Assembly: GCA_022813965.1 (NCBI GenBank)
Contig: JALDZS010000159.1
Coordinates: 1-54,250, forward strand
Length of the DNA stretch: 54,250 bases
DNA from: Toensbergia leucococca
Taxonomy: Eukaryota
Direction of reading: 5' to 3'
Position numbers and translations under genes: made by a program. The notes beneath the pieces are model-generated. The model was not told the DNA's origin. It worked only from the letters and a program-made list of their open reading frames with translations, and made no database searches. Below are positions 25,441 through 37,885 of the stretch, piece by piece. The stretch's first letter is position 1; each line of letters starts with the position of its first letter.

Positions 25441-25920
25441 CTGAAGGATAAGATAGATCTATGGTTTCAAACTGACTTTTTCGGACCGGGGGTGTTTTGA
25501 TTTATTAGATAACACCTACCTGTGAGGGGGAGTCTCAGGTACGTATTCCATCTCCCCTTCCTCATCCTCACTAACTGACTCATACTCATCGTCATTCTCA
25601 TCATCAGTGTCGAATACCTGAACCTCCTTCCCCTTCTCCCCTTCCTTCTTTTTATTTTTATTCACTGACTTGAGATTGGTTGTCTCTTCAGGGATTTCTA
25701 GTTCCGTCTTTCCCCTGAACATCTGATATATCCTTGATTCATAACTCCTTGTCCTCACTCTCATTCACAGCTAGAGATAGTCCTACTTGCCTGAATATTT
25801 TGCGTATCAAGTCTGGTTTATCCCTATCCCTTCAAGCTTTACTCACTCATTCTGTTAACACCACACATCTCTCACTCACACTGTACTTTTCAGAGACATA
25901 CTTCTCTTCAGATGATGAAT
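25441..25920 (-). mobile_element. Degenerate, RIP-like mutated 3' remnant of a pogo/Tc1-mariner (DDE_1) DNA transposon
   Basis: The minus frame from 25918 reads EKYSVSERCVVLTE*VSKA*RDRDKPDLIRKIFRQVGLSLAVNESEDKEL*IKDI. This resembles the RR.L.T.WV..AW...I.K.FR.VGLSL..DGSED.EL.IK C-terminus of fungal pogo-like transposases. An acidic tail follows, and the region is TpA-rich and CpG-poor. The left boundary is approximate. Confidence 0.7.
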
Positions 25921-26227
25921 GAACTATAAGACTAATATCTTATATAACAGATTATACAGTACTTTCTTACTTCCCATCAATGTTCTTACAATTAGCAGCT
26001 TTAGCTTGTAGTACTGTCGCTCATTATGGATCCTAAAATTGAACAACCCACCATTCTACTACTACATGACAACATCTTTAAAGACCCTTAGTCTAAAAGT
26101 ATCATCAGCATTTCACACAGCTCCGCTCTTCATTACCTAACAAATATCTCTCCACCTCACAGTACCTTAGCACCCTTGAGTACAGTCATGTCATCTAATT
26201 TGAAGGTCAAGCTGACGTACTTTAGTC

Positions 26228-26674
26228 ATGCCTAAGGAGTACTCATACTTGTACTCTGGACTGGTGACTGACCTAGTCATCCTGGGCATTGAAAGTTTCT
26301 GGGATCGACGTTACTATGGCAATCACTATTATCAGATTGGGGGTAGATTCTATGAGATAGATGAGAGAGCTACTAGAAAAGACATGGAGCAAACTGCGAG
26401 ATTTGAAAGGTTCAGAAAGCAAATCAAAGACTCTCTCCACAGCCACGGCAGCACGATAAAAGAGATGAAAGACTCTCTTACCAGCACCAATTCGACAATA
26501 AACGAGGTCGCGGGGCATCTACAAAAACTCAACACAGCCCTAGATCGATCTGATTCTACTATGAACAGACTTGAAACCCGAATGAAGAGTATAGAAAGTG
26601 AGGTTCAGAAAATTCATCAGTCGGCAACCTTCCTACCAGAACTCGACAGAGGGATGGGATCGAAGGAAGTGTAA
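26228..26674 (+). CDS. Orphan small coiled-coil protein (start uncertain)
   Basis: 148-aa ORF with heptad pattern (IKEMKDSLTSTNSTINEVAGHLQKLNTALDRSDSTMNRLETRMKSIESEVQKI). No recognised family. Confidence 0.45.
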   Translation: MPKEYSYLYSGLVTDLVILGIESFWDRRYYGNHYYQIGGRFYEIDERATRKDMEQTARFERFRKQIKDSLHSHGSTIKEMKDSLTSTNSTINEVAGHLQKLNTALDRSDSTMNRLETRMKSIESEVQKIHQSATFLPELDRGMGSKEV

Positions 26675-27471
26675 GTCATTCTCATAACCTAACTAGAGTG
26701 TCTAGACTGACTCTGACTGCTCAAAACTAGTCAACGAAAGTAAGAAGGTGCTGGGTTGGCCTGACTGTTTGGCTCTGGTGGTTTTCTTGTATTCTGTGGG
26801 TTGAGGACTGGTGTTTGGGCCCTCACTAAAACACCACCTTGCCAACTCAATGCGAGAAGCGAAAGCACAAGAAGTGTTTCCTATCATTCAGGCATTGAAA
26901 CAGGTTTGGAATGTCACCTGAAGCATGCACAAGACAGAAAGCGGTAAATAAACGATTCATGTAGATAGCCTCCTCACCCAAATCTCCTCTCTAATCTCTA
27001 CTCATGCACACCCAAATCTCCTAGCCCACGTATTCTGAATCCAAGCATCGATTCCTCCTGAACACAGAGACTCCCTCCCAGAGAGAAGTAAAAGGCCTTG
27101 AGATCTCACATCCTTCCTTCCGTACCATGCCTTAACATGCCAGGCGCTGCATGCGAAAGGACGTGCGTGGGGGGGATAAACTATCACGACAATAAGCAAA
27201 GGAGGAAGTGAAAGAGGCAGGAAAAGATAGAAAGGAGACCGGAAGAGAGGAGAGGGAGGCCAAGAAAAAGAAAACAGAAAAGAAAAAACGAAAAGAAGAG
27301 CGAACAAAAGCAGCAAGAGCCCACGCGCCCGGATCCAAAAAGAAATAGCAATAAAATACGAGAGATTGTGTGACTCCAGTCGCCATATGTATGCTCTTAT
27401 GCGCCCGCAAATGAACCCCTGACACTCTTTTACTTCGATGAATCACAGCGTGTATCAGCCGTTAGAATGAT

Positions 27472-30400
27472 TCACGCCAACGTATGTCCCCCTCTTCGAC
27501 TCCCCCTCCGACTTGACGGCCCAGAGTCCCCCCTCTCACTAGCCCCTGCACTGGACCCGCCCCTTCCATCCTCCAAACTGCGCCTCGACTGCTGCTGCCT
27601 GGTGCCAAAATCGCTCATAGCAAAGAGTAACGGCTCCTCTTCCTCGAAGACATTTGTTTGCCGTGAGAAACTGTAGCGGCCACCACGGTGGTCGGAACTC
27701 GTACTGCCGCTGCCGCGGTCACCAGTCAGGCTTGATACCGACGAGCCATGTGGAGGCGTCTGGCCTCTTCCACTGGTGCTGCCTCGGCTGATGCGAGGGC
27801 GCCAGGAGCTGGCGCGTGGATATTGGGAAGTACCCTCGTCATGGCCTTCAAGCGAAGACGATTGTTGACGAGTTACGCCGCCTCCATCTTCCGTGTTGGG
27901 TGCCGAACCAAAGGCCCTTTCGCGATCAACATCCGAGACTACAATAGCGTGATCATCCTGTAAGGCGGCGAGGCCACCAAGGCCGAGTAGTAGACGGTCT
28001 TCGGCACCCAAGCTGGCGCTGCGCATGCCAAAAGGAAAAATGTCACCAAGATCATCATCTATCTGTATTGCCCTTGGCTGCTGAGCCACGGAGCTTGAAC
28101 GTCGGTAGCTAGGGTGGAAGGGTCGTGGAGAGTTAGGTATGTCTATAGCTCCGGAAGTTGGATTCCTGGCCGTAGTATCTCGGGAAATCTGCTCTTGATC
28201 TGTATCTCCTTCTTGCGAAAGACGATGCCTGCCGGTGCTAGGATCTCTAAGGGGATATTCGATGATGCTGTTGGCACTGAGCCTGGAGGGAATGGCAGGC
28301 GTATGGGGAGTATGGGGTGAGATCGGTTTACCGGGGGATGATGATATCGACATTGATGTACCTGCCACCATAGCTGGGACACTAGATAATTGGCGACTTG
28401 AGGAGCTTGATGACCGATTCAAAAGAAGAGATGATGACATGGAGTCTGATAAAGCGGCATTCGTATCTCTCATACGTTGGAACTTGGATAAGGCGGCAGT
28501 GGTTCGGCGAGTCGAAGCATCAGCAGCTGCTTTGTTGTTAGATTGCTGAAAGCTCTTCAAGTCTTTCTTTTGGTCAAGCATCTTTAGGAACTCCGAAATG
28601 TTGTCATCGTCCGTTTGGATTGAACCAGAACTTGTTCCACCTCCTTCTGCCAAGACACCAGACCCAGGCTGTGCCACAGATGATGCAATGCTTGCTTTTC
28701 CGCTACTGTTGTTATCATCATCCGTCCTACTACCACCGCCTATCGAAGTTTTAGCTTTTCGATGTCCGAAGCTGCTACTATACCTCGAGACTGGCGGAGG
28801 CTTTGGCGAACTTGAACCGGACAATGTAGGAATATGCTCCGGGGGTACCGGCGATCCTCTTGAAGGCGCTACTTGAGAATAGGGATTCCGAGCTTCAGCC
28901 AAGGCACTCAAAGCAGAGGCCCTGCCTATTGAGTTGCGTGGTGACGATACCATATGTTGTTCGCTTTGCAATGGTGAGGCAGACAACGAAGGTGTCTTGA
29001 AAGGCTGGAAAGAAACCGACGTCCTCCTGGCAACGGGGGCGGCACCTTCGGCAGATCCAAGGGACGATCTTGATCCTTGCACCGATCGGTCATGAGGCAG
29101 GACGCTCTGCGATGGTGGGGATGACGGTGATTGCGAGTTTCTATCTCGTGCTGCACGAAGAGCAGATATCGGACTTGAGCCGGACGGGGCGCCAACTTGA
29201 TGAAACGTTGATAAGCTACCATAAGCTTGGCCTTGTTCATGCTGGTCCACATAGCCTCTCCGCTGAGGGGGCAAAGAGCCGACTTCCGTCCCCCGAGTGA
29301 GGTGGTTCCTTTTCTGGGGAATGATGCGCTGCTGTCGGCCAAGTGAGGGTTCAAAGTACTGTTCATCCATTCCCATGAAATGTGAGCTCAAAAGGGCTTC
29401 CGAGTCAGCGATCAGAAAATCACAATTAGAACGGTATGACACTTGGATAGTCAGAGGCCCTGCAGGAGTCTCGATGGTCCCAAACGAAAAGTGCTCGACA
29501 ATGTTCATCTGGCCAAGAAATAGCGGTGATGAAAGATTGTCCATACCAGAGCTGCTGTCACTCTCTGAGCCGTCCAAGATCCTATACTTGATTCTCGGCG
29601 AGTTATGGGATGACCTGGGTTTGGATACCTTCTTACCTATTCCCCACGCTGGAAGAAGTTTCGTCAAAGTGTACAGCGATCGGAATAGCACTATGCTATT
29701 CTTGTAGATGCGGGGGAGGATCATGCCTAAGTCTTTGGAAATCTCTATCGATGATTCCCCAAGCTGTATTTGCCATCGCTCGAGAATCACATCTGGCCTC
29801 GTCTGACTACTGCCCCCATCTGCAGACGCCCCCAACGCCTCTTCGACATCCCAGCGCCTTCCTTGGTCATCGGTAATCACCAAAGCTTGCTTAGCTGCCA
29901 ATTCCTCTGTATCAAGGAAAGTCTCAACGACCATCGATGGTGGCCGATTACCGACAGCATCACTATTCTTCCAGATACGCACATCGTCTCGAAGAGCATC
30001 CGTTTCATCAAGTTCGACATTAAACTAACGCAAAAAAAATGTTAGCAGCAATCAGAAACGAAATAGCCAATGCAAAGGAGCTCTGACTAACCCATTTGTT
30101 TACTCTCTTCACGTCTGAACCTTTGGCATAGGCAGGCGGTAATGCGACTCTCGCTTGCAATATGACGAGGGCAGCTTTGGTGTAAAAGTTCTACGCCATC
30201 CAAGATATTAGCTTACATCCTACTAATGACGAGCCCTGTTCATTTGTGACTATACCTGGATGACCTGGCTCAACTTAGCGATTGAATCTCGGCCTTGACC
30301 AGAAGTTTCTGGTCCACGCATCAATGCATCTGTCCCTTCGCCAACTCCGATTCCTTGTTCACTCGGCGTGCTTCTATCAGAACCTGATCTTGATCCACCC

Positions 30401-30498
30401 GTCTCCGGATCTCTTGGATTATTTGTTCTCGCAGGATTTGTCCTCGGCGAGTTGGCCGGAGAGGCCGTAATTGGCGGACCACGGGGATGTTGATGCAT
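27472..30498 (-). CDS. ATG13: Autophagy-related protein 13 (3 exons)
   Basis: HORMA domain: [21 protein letters not shown]...[15 protein letters not shown]...[11 protein letters not shown]...VILERW...[12 protein letters not shown]. Disordered tail with [13 protein letters not shown] and [11 protein letters not shown]. Confidence 0.93.
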
Positions 30499-31829
30499 GG
30501 TTTGGGAAGCGGGAAAGAGAAGGTGCGTTCCAAGCTCTAGGCTCTAGAAATGGTGCAGTAAGATGCGAATGGGGAGCACAGGTGGAATGTCTGATGGGGC
30601 GGGATTGTGCAAGGCAACGTAAGAGTGTGGTCGACTGCCATCACTTTCCGAATCCTGAGGGTTGGAAGTTGTAGAAAGTTCAGTCGAGTAAAAGGATGTG
30701 GGAGCGTTCAAGCGTTCTCCGCCTTGTCCTAGCTATCTCTCATTATAGCGTGTATTGTAGGCAACGAAGGCTGATTCCTGGTACGGGTGCCTGGCGATCT
30801 CTTTGAATTATTGTCAGGACGCAGTTGGGATGTAGTCATGCTTGTGATAGGCTTACAGTGTCAATCACCTTAGCATGGTAGTAACAATTGTAGCCAAACT
30901 TGTTCCGGTTAGATGAATCGACTGGGAAGAGTCATATGGCCAATGCACAAATGAGGCGATCAAACGAAGAGATGATGTTTGCAAATAAAAGATAGTCGGA
31001 GGTTGGGCGGAGGGCGGATGCTAGAGCTGATGCAATTCAAGTCGCGGATGAGTCGTACAAAGTGAAGCAGATAAGAGACGCTCAGACTGGTTGAGGGCCC
31101 TGACAAGTGACAGACTTTCGGAAGGCAGTCTCGCACTTTTTAGCTGTAAGCTAGAATAGAACTATCCGAGCCAAGACCTAAGCGAAGGAGATCATGGGAA
31201 ACGAATTGAAGCCGTTATCTGCTCGATCTATGCCGCATGCGGAATGAACACCCACGGTTCAATCAGTCAGTACTCAGTCTGTCTTCGAGGCACGCATAAA
31301 GTTTGAGAGTACTATATTTGTTGTTTGTGGCATCCAGTCTGTGTTTGCGCCTCTTACAGCTCATTCATTATCCCTGACTGAATTATAGAGTACAAACGAA
31401 GCTCAATCGCAACCCATTCTATCTACCAAGCTCTTTGAACGTTGTGTGATCAGAAAACAAGCAATTCTGGCGCGTAGAGGGAAATGTAAGAATGAAGCAA
31501 TATCACAGCTGGACTTGGCTGCGTAGGAATCATTGGTCTCAACCTCTTGAATACGGAGTGACCAATCTCGATTGGCGGCATCAACTCGTTGGTGGACAGC
31601 CCTAACCTCAGGTAATAGACTTCATTCGGCTGAAGAAATTTGATTTCGTAGGCTCCTTTCCATTGACGTGTGGTTTCCATGACTACAGAGCACAAGTACC
31701 GTGGAAGCAAGTCACGAATCCTTGCCAGGAATCCGGCCAGCATGGTATGAGAAAATCGGTAGCGAAGATGCTATTTTAGCTAGAGCTACAGTACATGGTC
31801 TATGGAAACAGACGAATGAGCATAACACA

Positions 31830-33144
31830 TCAAAACCCTACGCTCTCCCATCGCTCTTCTTCCTCCTCCCCAAATATTTCCTCAATCTCCACAACCCCGC
31901 TAACACTGCCCCCATCATCTACAATTCCCAATACAGTCCCCTGCTTCAAGAATGTCTTTCCTCTCTCCCCTTTTCTCATGCCCAAAATCCAGCCCCTTGC
32001 TTCGGCTACTAAACTCGACCCTGGTATCGAGATCCAGTCTCCCTTTTCCACTACTGTTCCTGACTCGAGAGCATGCGCCGCGCGATCAAGGTTCCCCGAT
32101 TTCCCGATACGTTGCACTTGCCTAGGGGTGATGATTGTAGAGGATGATAGGCGCACCCAGCCGGACGAGGATTTTGCTGCTGTGAGGAGGATGTCGAGTG
32201 CTGTGAGAATGGGAACCCCAAGGCGCCCTTCAGCGATAGGAACTGAGGTGACGGCGATTGCCAAATTGCCAATGCTTTTAAAAACTGGAGTTGTGGCACT
32301 AGCACCTATAGCGCCGCCTGGATGATGGGAGTGGAAAATGGACGCAGGACTGGGGTGTAGGCGGGACGCAGCGGCGAGAGCGAGGGCATCGGCAAGGGCC
32401 ATAGCTGTTGTGGTAGAAGTTGTAGGAGCTGGAAGACCGAAGGATTGCGTTTCGGAGGTTGGGATCGGGGCCGGGAGGAGGATGCATCTAGATGGGGGAC
32501 GCGCAATGAAAAGAGGGCATGTCGAGGGATGGGTATGTGAGGTCAAGGCAATAAGTGGGAGCGAGTGTGGTAAGTGGGCAAGAAGCGTGAGCAATTCTGG
32601 AGTACGGCCGGAAAATGTTAAAAGGAGTATGGTATCATTCTGATAATAAATAGATTAGCACTATCACGCATCCTGATCTTGTTTGCGTGCAACCTACAAC
32701 TCCGATCATGCCCAGATCGCCGTGAAGAGCTTCAGTGGGATGAAGAAAGGTACACCGAATGCCGAAACTGTTCATCGTGGCAACCACTTTCTCCCCTATC
32801 TTCCCACTCTTTCCTACGCCACTGACCACTAATTTTCCACCGCGGCTGATAGTCTTTAATATGTTACTAATTGCATTAATGAAACCCTCTTGTGCCATCG
32901 GACTAGTTTTGTACAACTCTCCAAGGTGCGTGAGTGAATCACGTTCAGTCGAAATGACATGTAGTGCTGTACGTATGCCGTCTTCATTGGCTGCTATATC
33001 TTGTACTTCTTCAGTATCGGGCGGGGTCATGGGAAGCTGGGGAATAGCTTCAAAGACAAGCGGTGATGACGAATGAAAGGGTGAGTCGGGTGTGAGGGGT
33101 TGGCCCTTCCGCATAAACGCAGATATGGTAGATTGGTTCTCCAT
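31830..33144 (-). CDS. SIS-domain sugar-phosphate isomerase (KpsF/GutQ-like; 2 exons)
   Basis: GKLVVSGVGKSGKIGEKVVATMNSFG...FLHPTEALHGDLGMI, then after the intron (~32640-32697) NDTILLLTFSGRTPELL...APTTSTTTAMALADALA...FHSHHPGGAIG. Confidence 0.88.
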
Positions 33145-34080
33145 GAGGAACTGTTCAGATATCAGACGTTGAACAAGATTTCGTAGCTACACCATCTTTG
33201 CTGCGAAGGCCTCGAGTGGAAGCTTAGGAGGCTCAAAATTTCAGCAATAAAATGATCGAGGAGATCACAATACTGCCGAGCTCAGCATTGGTCCAAATGG
33301 TTGATGAGTATCGACAGGAGACAGTAGGAGAAGTAGTTGCTCATAGTAGATGAGATAGGCCAATTTTGAGTTTCGCAGAGTTTAGCTTTGATATCTAAGC
33401 AGACTCTTTAGTCTGTCCTTTAATCTGACAGGCGGCAGCATCATGGAAATCGATCATGGACATGGACACACTCTTCACATGTCGTGTCATTCCAGACGTT
33501 GGCTAGGCAGTAATGGGACGTCTACCGAACCTCCACAAAACCGTTGAACAAGCGTCGGCCTAGCCGCTTTGATAGGGTCAACATGTCATCGATTCTCGGC
33601 CACAAATGTGGATCGGGTCCATTCGGGGTAATGGAGACAGCAAAGCGTGTGTAAAAAAAGGACGAGCTTATCGTGAGGTAAGAGAGGAATCGAAGCGGTG
33701 AAATTGGTGTGGGGAGAATTAAATCAAAACTAAACTTGCGGCTACGTTTTTGTGCGACGCGTTTATGCACCAAGCACGTCATATCAGGCCTATCGATCGC
33801 CTTGTTGTATTTGGAGTCAGATTATCATGTTAGCCTCACAATTTTAAAAGAAGTTTCAGTATTGCTAAATGTGGTGACCCTGCCGTCGATCGCGAGCTTG
33901 CAAATGCAGCTATGTAGAATCATGTAGCAACTGACCGACAACTTGCTCCATTAAACCACCTTTCATAAGCAACAAGGCTGGGTATCAACATCTACGCCAC
34001 TGCAGAAGAAGCACTATTCTGACTGTCGAATTGTGAGTGCTAGTATGCCTGTGATTGCTTATAGACGATTCAGCCGTGTC

Positions 34081-35421
34081 CTATTTGTCCTGCGTAGCCT
34101 CCCCGCCTGCCGTCTTGCTCTTCTCCACAGCGAGATCAGCCAGATGCTGCAAGTGCAATCCACCATCCACTGCGTGACCCGATGAAGTTGCCGAGTCCTG
34201 TCCAGCGTTCGTAACATTGTTGGCAGTCGATAAGGCAAGAACTTGAGCTTCAAGAGCGGCTATGTGTCGGCTAGTGTCCGAACGGTAGGCAGCCATAGTG
34301 GCTGTCAAACTCAGAACCATCGAGTGAAGAGATGACAACGTAGGTTCGGCGACAGGAGAAGTGTCAGTGTGGCCACCATGCTCACCAGCCCAAGTTGCTG
34401 ATGGAACGCCGCTTGGAGACATTTGCGATTGGTTGTTGTTGTGGCTCATGTCGTAGCTTGCTTGAGGTAATGGTTGATGCTGGTAAGCCGGGCTTTGTTG
34501 TGATAGATGTCTAGATGCGTCATGACCTGCCCAAGGTGCAGTAGAAGTGGTCGGAAAGCTCTCGTTCGGATGATGGCCAGAAGCTTGAATGTATCCTGAA
34601 TTGTGCAATCCTTCAGACATCGAATAGCTTCTCTTTCTCGTTCCAAACTCCGTAGTCGCAGGCGGCGTTGACTGGTCACGTCCTTGGGGCGAAAGCGTAT
34701 TATCCTGCATAGTTGGATGCTGACCTTCAGGACTCTGGCCAGATGGCATGTAATACTCTAATTTTCCAACGCGCTCAGCAAGTTCCTTAATATAGCTAGA
34801 CCGATATTAGCTCACGACGACGACGACAACAACAATAATAAGCGGCAGAGAGTGGATAACATTACCCTTTGCTTGGCCCTCTCTTCAATGGTACTCTACT
34901 GAACTTGCAGGTTGACCCCACACGCTTACAGCTTGAGCATTGCTCATCGGCATTCTCAGAGGCAGCATCGCATCGAATCTTCTCAAGTCAGCTTGATTGG
35001 CCGCAAGCCTTATAGAGAAAGGCGATCGAAACATGGTACGCACCTTCTTTCTTCTGCACTCATCGCACGCTCTCGACACCTTCGATCTCTTTTTGGGAGA
35101 TTCTGTCAGGTTTGGGTCGTGATTAGAGTTCAATCCACTTTGCGCAATCTGCTGTGGAGAACCCATCGGCCCCTGTCTCATATTTTGCGCGTGAATATTA
35201 TGGTTTCTCTGCGCAATAGCCTGTCCGTCTACAATGTTCCCAGTCATGTTTGGCGGAACTTCGCGCGACAAGTGAGCGGACATTTGGAGTTGTTCCTCCG
35301 CCGAAGGCATATGATGCTCAGCGGAGGACGCCATATGATGTGGCGTTGGATGGTAGAAGGGATGGAGTCCTTCGCCCATTTGAGTTGCGTTGGGAGACGG
35401 GTACGACGTGTTTGGAGGCAT
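34081..35421 (-). CDS. Zn(II)2Cys6 transcription factor, RGT1-like DNA-binding domain (3 exons, ~400 aa)
   Basis: KRSKVSRACDECRRKK|IRCDAASENADEQCSSCKRVGSTCKFSRVPLKRGPSKG|YIKELAERVGKLE. Introns 34979-35043 and ~34795-34865. Confidence 0.85.
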
Positions 35422-36935
35422 ATTCGAGGTGCGGACGCCCTTCGTATCGGCAGTGCTCGAACACCGCTGCAAGAGGATGTATGAATGATTTCTTAGGCCG
35501 AAGCTTCAAGATGCATGGAGGTGGATTGGTGATGGTGAGGATATGAAGAGTCGGAGCGTGAAGGTTATTTTTGTGGGGTGGTGTGCAGCGAAGCGTAAAG
35601 ACCAGTACGGCGGTTCCGTCATGCAGGCAACATCTTCTATTCCACAGGTGAAGGTATACAAGATACGTCGACGAGAGGACTCGCTGTCTTCGCCTTCGAG
35701 ACTCGTTTTGACAGTGACAAAGAATTCGAAAGCCCAGTACTTACCGGGGCTTCCCCGGACGATGACATTGCCGCCATGGGGAATAGCAGGCTAGGGACGG
35801 GGTAGAATATGAGGATTTCAGACAGCACATAACACAGATACTTGGGCTCTCATTGTTCATCCTGAAGATGAGTTGCAGTTACGATTAGCTTTACAGAAGC
35901 TGTCGGACTCGGAGAGAGTTTTTGCGTCTCCATCATCGGCGACGGGGGAACTATCACGGAATTGAATCCTCCAATATGAATTCAGGGACAAACATTGACA
36001 GCTTTGTAGCATGCACAGAGTAATGGATACGTGTTCAACAGTGGCTACGTTCCTATGGCTGTTGTCTTACTTGCGTGATTCCTCGATTGGGGCATGATTG
36101 TGGAGGAGTGTAAGTATCCTTAGTCGATAAAGACTGACTTTGTGGGATTATTTAGAAGCATCTCTATCAACTCTCACCTCTTAACCAATTTTCGAACATG
36201 CTTTTAAGTAGTCGTTGTTACGATCTCCTGCAACATTCCAGCCTAGGAGTTGAAAAGGTACGACGATGTGTGACGTGTGAGATCATTTCCCGGTTATTCG
36301 AGGCTCATCACAGCACGTTTCTCATCGTTGATTTCATATAAGCAAAAAAATCACTTAACCTCAGAAAGAAGACTGTGTAGAGGATATCACTTTTCATTCA
36401 TTGCCTCGGCCGATAATCTTCAAGTAGCCACTGACAGCCTGACAGGGGCTTTTCTCTCCATGGTATCCATCCATCACGTTTGTTGTGCTCACATCATCAT
36501 ATGAAATTGGGATATTTATTGTTGATTGATGACTTCCTGGACGATTTCTCGATTTTAATAGTTCAAAAGGACGAATGCTGGAATGCAAAAGCACTGTTGA
36601 GCTCTCCAATACTCGAGAAACAGCCCATGTTGATAGAGCACGACTTATGGCCATATGGTGAAGCTTGATTAATAGTAGTAGGTATCCCAACTTTGTGCCC
36701 AGATAGAGGAGTACCTATGTAGATGCTGAAAAAGTACTGCCCCTCTAATGATTGTCAATTCTCAGTCAAAATGAGGGTGCATCATCATTTCCTGATACAG
36801 ATTTTCATTAGAAAGGGCATTGAATCGTGGGTTGCCATTGGGCTCTCAACATAGCAAGATATGTAGAATTTAAAAGCGCTAGTCATTTTCCAAACTTCTC
36901 GTAAACCCAACATGCTACAGCTCAAATCCATGTTG

Positions 36936-37617
36936 TTATCCTTTTTTCTTCCCAATGACCTTTGTAAATCCATCTTCATCCACTTCAGGTCGAACTTTCG
37001 CTTTCCTAACTTTCACCAGTGGCGGGGCTTCTTCCATCTTCTCATCCTCTTCGCCATCCTCCAAATCATCACTATCCCAATCCGTATCATCATCGTCCTC
37101 ACCCCTTTCGACATGCTGAAATCTGACGGCGTCACCTCCTCTCTTCTGCCTCTCGACCCACCGCGAATACATCTCATCCACCATCCCGAAGTCGCCTCGC
37201 AATGTCAGCTTCCTCAAGCCCACGATCTTAGCCGCAATCTCTTCGGCACTACCATCCTGGAGATTCACATCGAATTCATCATTCATAATCTGTAGAATGA
37301 ATTCCTCCACATACTCAACGTCGGCATCTGGTGTAGCTATAATCAGTTCGGAGATGGCGCCGGCAAACCAGTCACGCTTCTCCGAGGACTGAGGACCACC
37401 CCATGAGTTCTGGACGGCGAGAGTGAGGGCGGACCAGGTAGAGAGGGCTAGTGCGATTGAGAGGTCGAATTTATCTTGGATCTTTTCTGTCGTCAGTTAA
37501 TATTCTGAGACATCGAGACAGTATTACGGCTATGGTACCTGGTGATGGGGGCAAGGCAACTCCTCCTTGTAACTCTCGTATGCTCTGCGGCCCGGAAAAC
37601 ATCTTTGCTGAAGACAT
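36936..37617 (-). CDS. TSR2: Pre-rRNA-processing protein Tsr2 (2 exons)
   Basis: WGG-family motif WSALTLAVQNSWGGPQSSEKRDWFAGAISEL...VEEFILQIMNDEFDVNLQDGS. Acidic tail ending EVDEDGFTKVIGKK. Confidence 0.92.
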
Positions 37618-37885
37618 TGAAGTGAGGTGTGGAGTGCAATTAAGACTAGGTACTGGGTACCGAGGTATCCGTAAATTAGAATAGGGTTTCGCTTAGAATA
37701 ATGGTCATTGGGGAATCGAAAAGAGATTAGGTCAAGGGTCACCAGAATTTCCGTATCAACAGCATTTTTTTATTTTTGGTTTGATGTTGAATGCCAGTGT
37801 CAACTCCAAGCGAATCTGTCAATGGCATGTCTAATTAAAAGCCTTGCTCTGGAAGGGTGAAGTATGCACTGTGTGAACGGAGAAG

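Noticed and set aside
25516..25764. 82-aa acidic ORF as a real gene
   Set aside because: It is best read as the frameshifted acidic tail of the decayed transposase.
31450..31743. 97-aa minus-strand ORF between ATG13 and the SIS gene
   Set aside because: No recognisable motif or splice support; cannot be told apart from chance.
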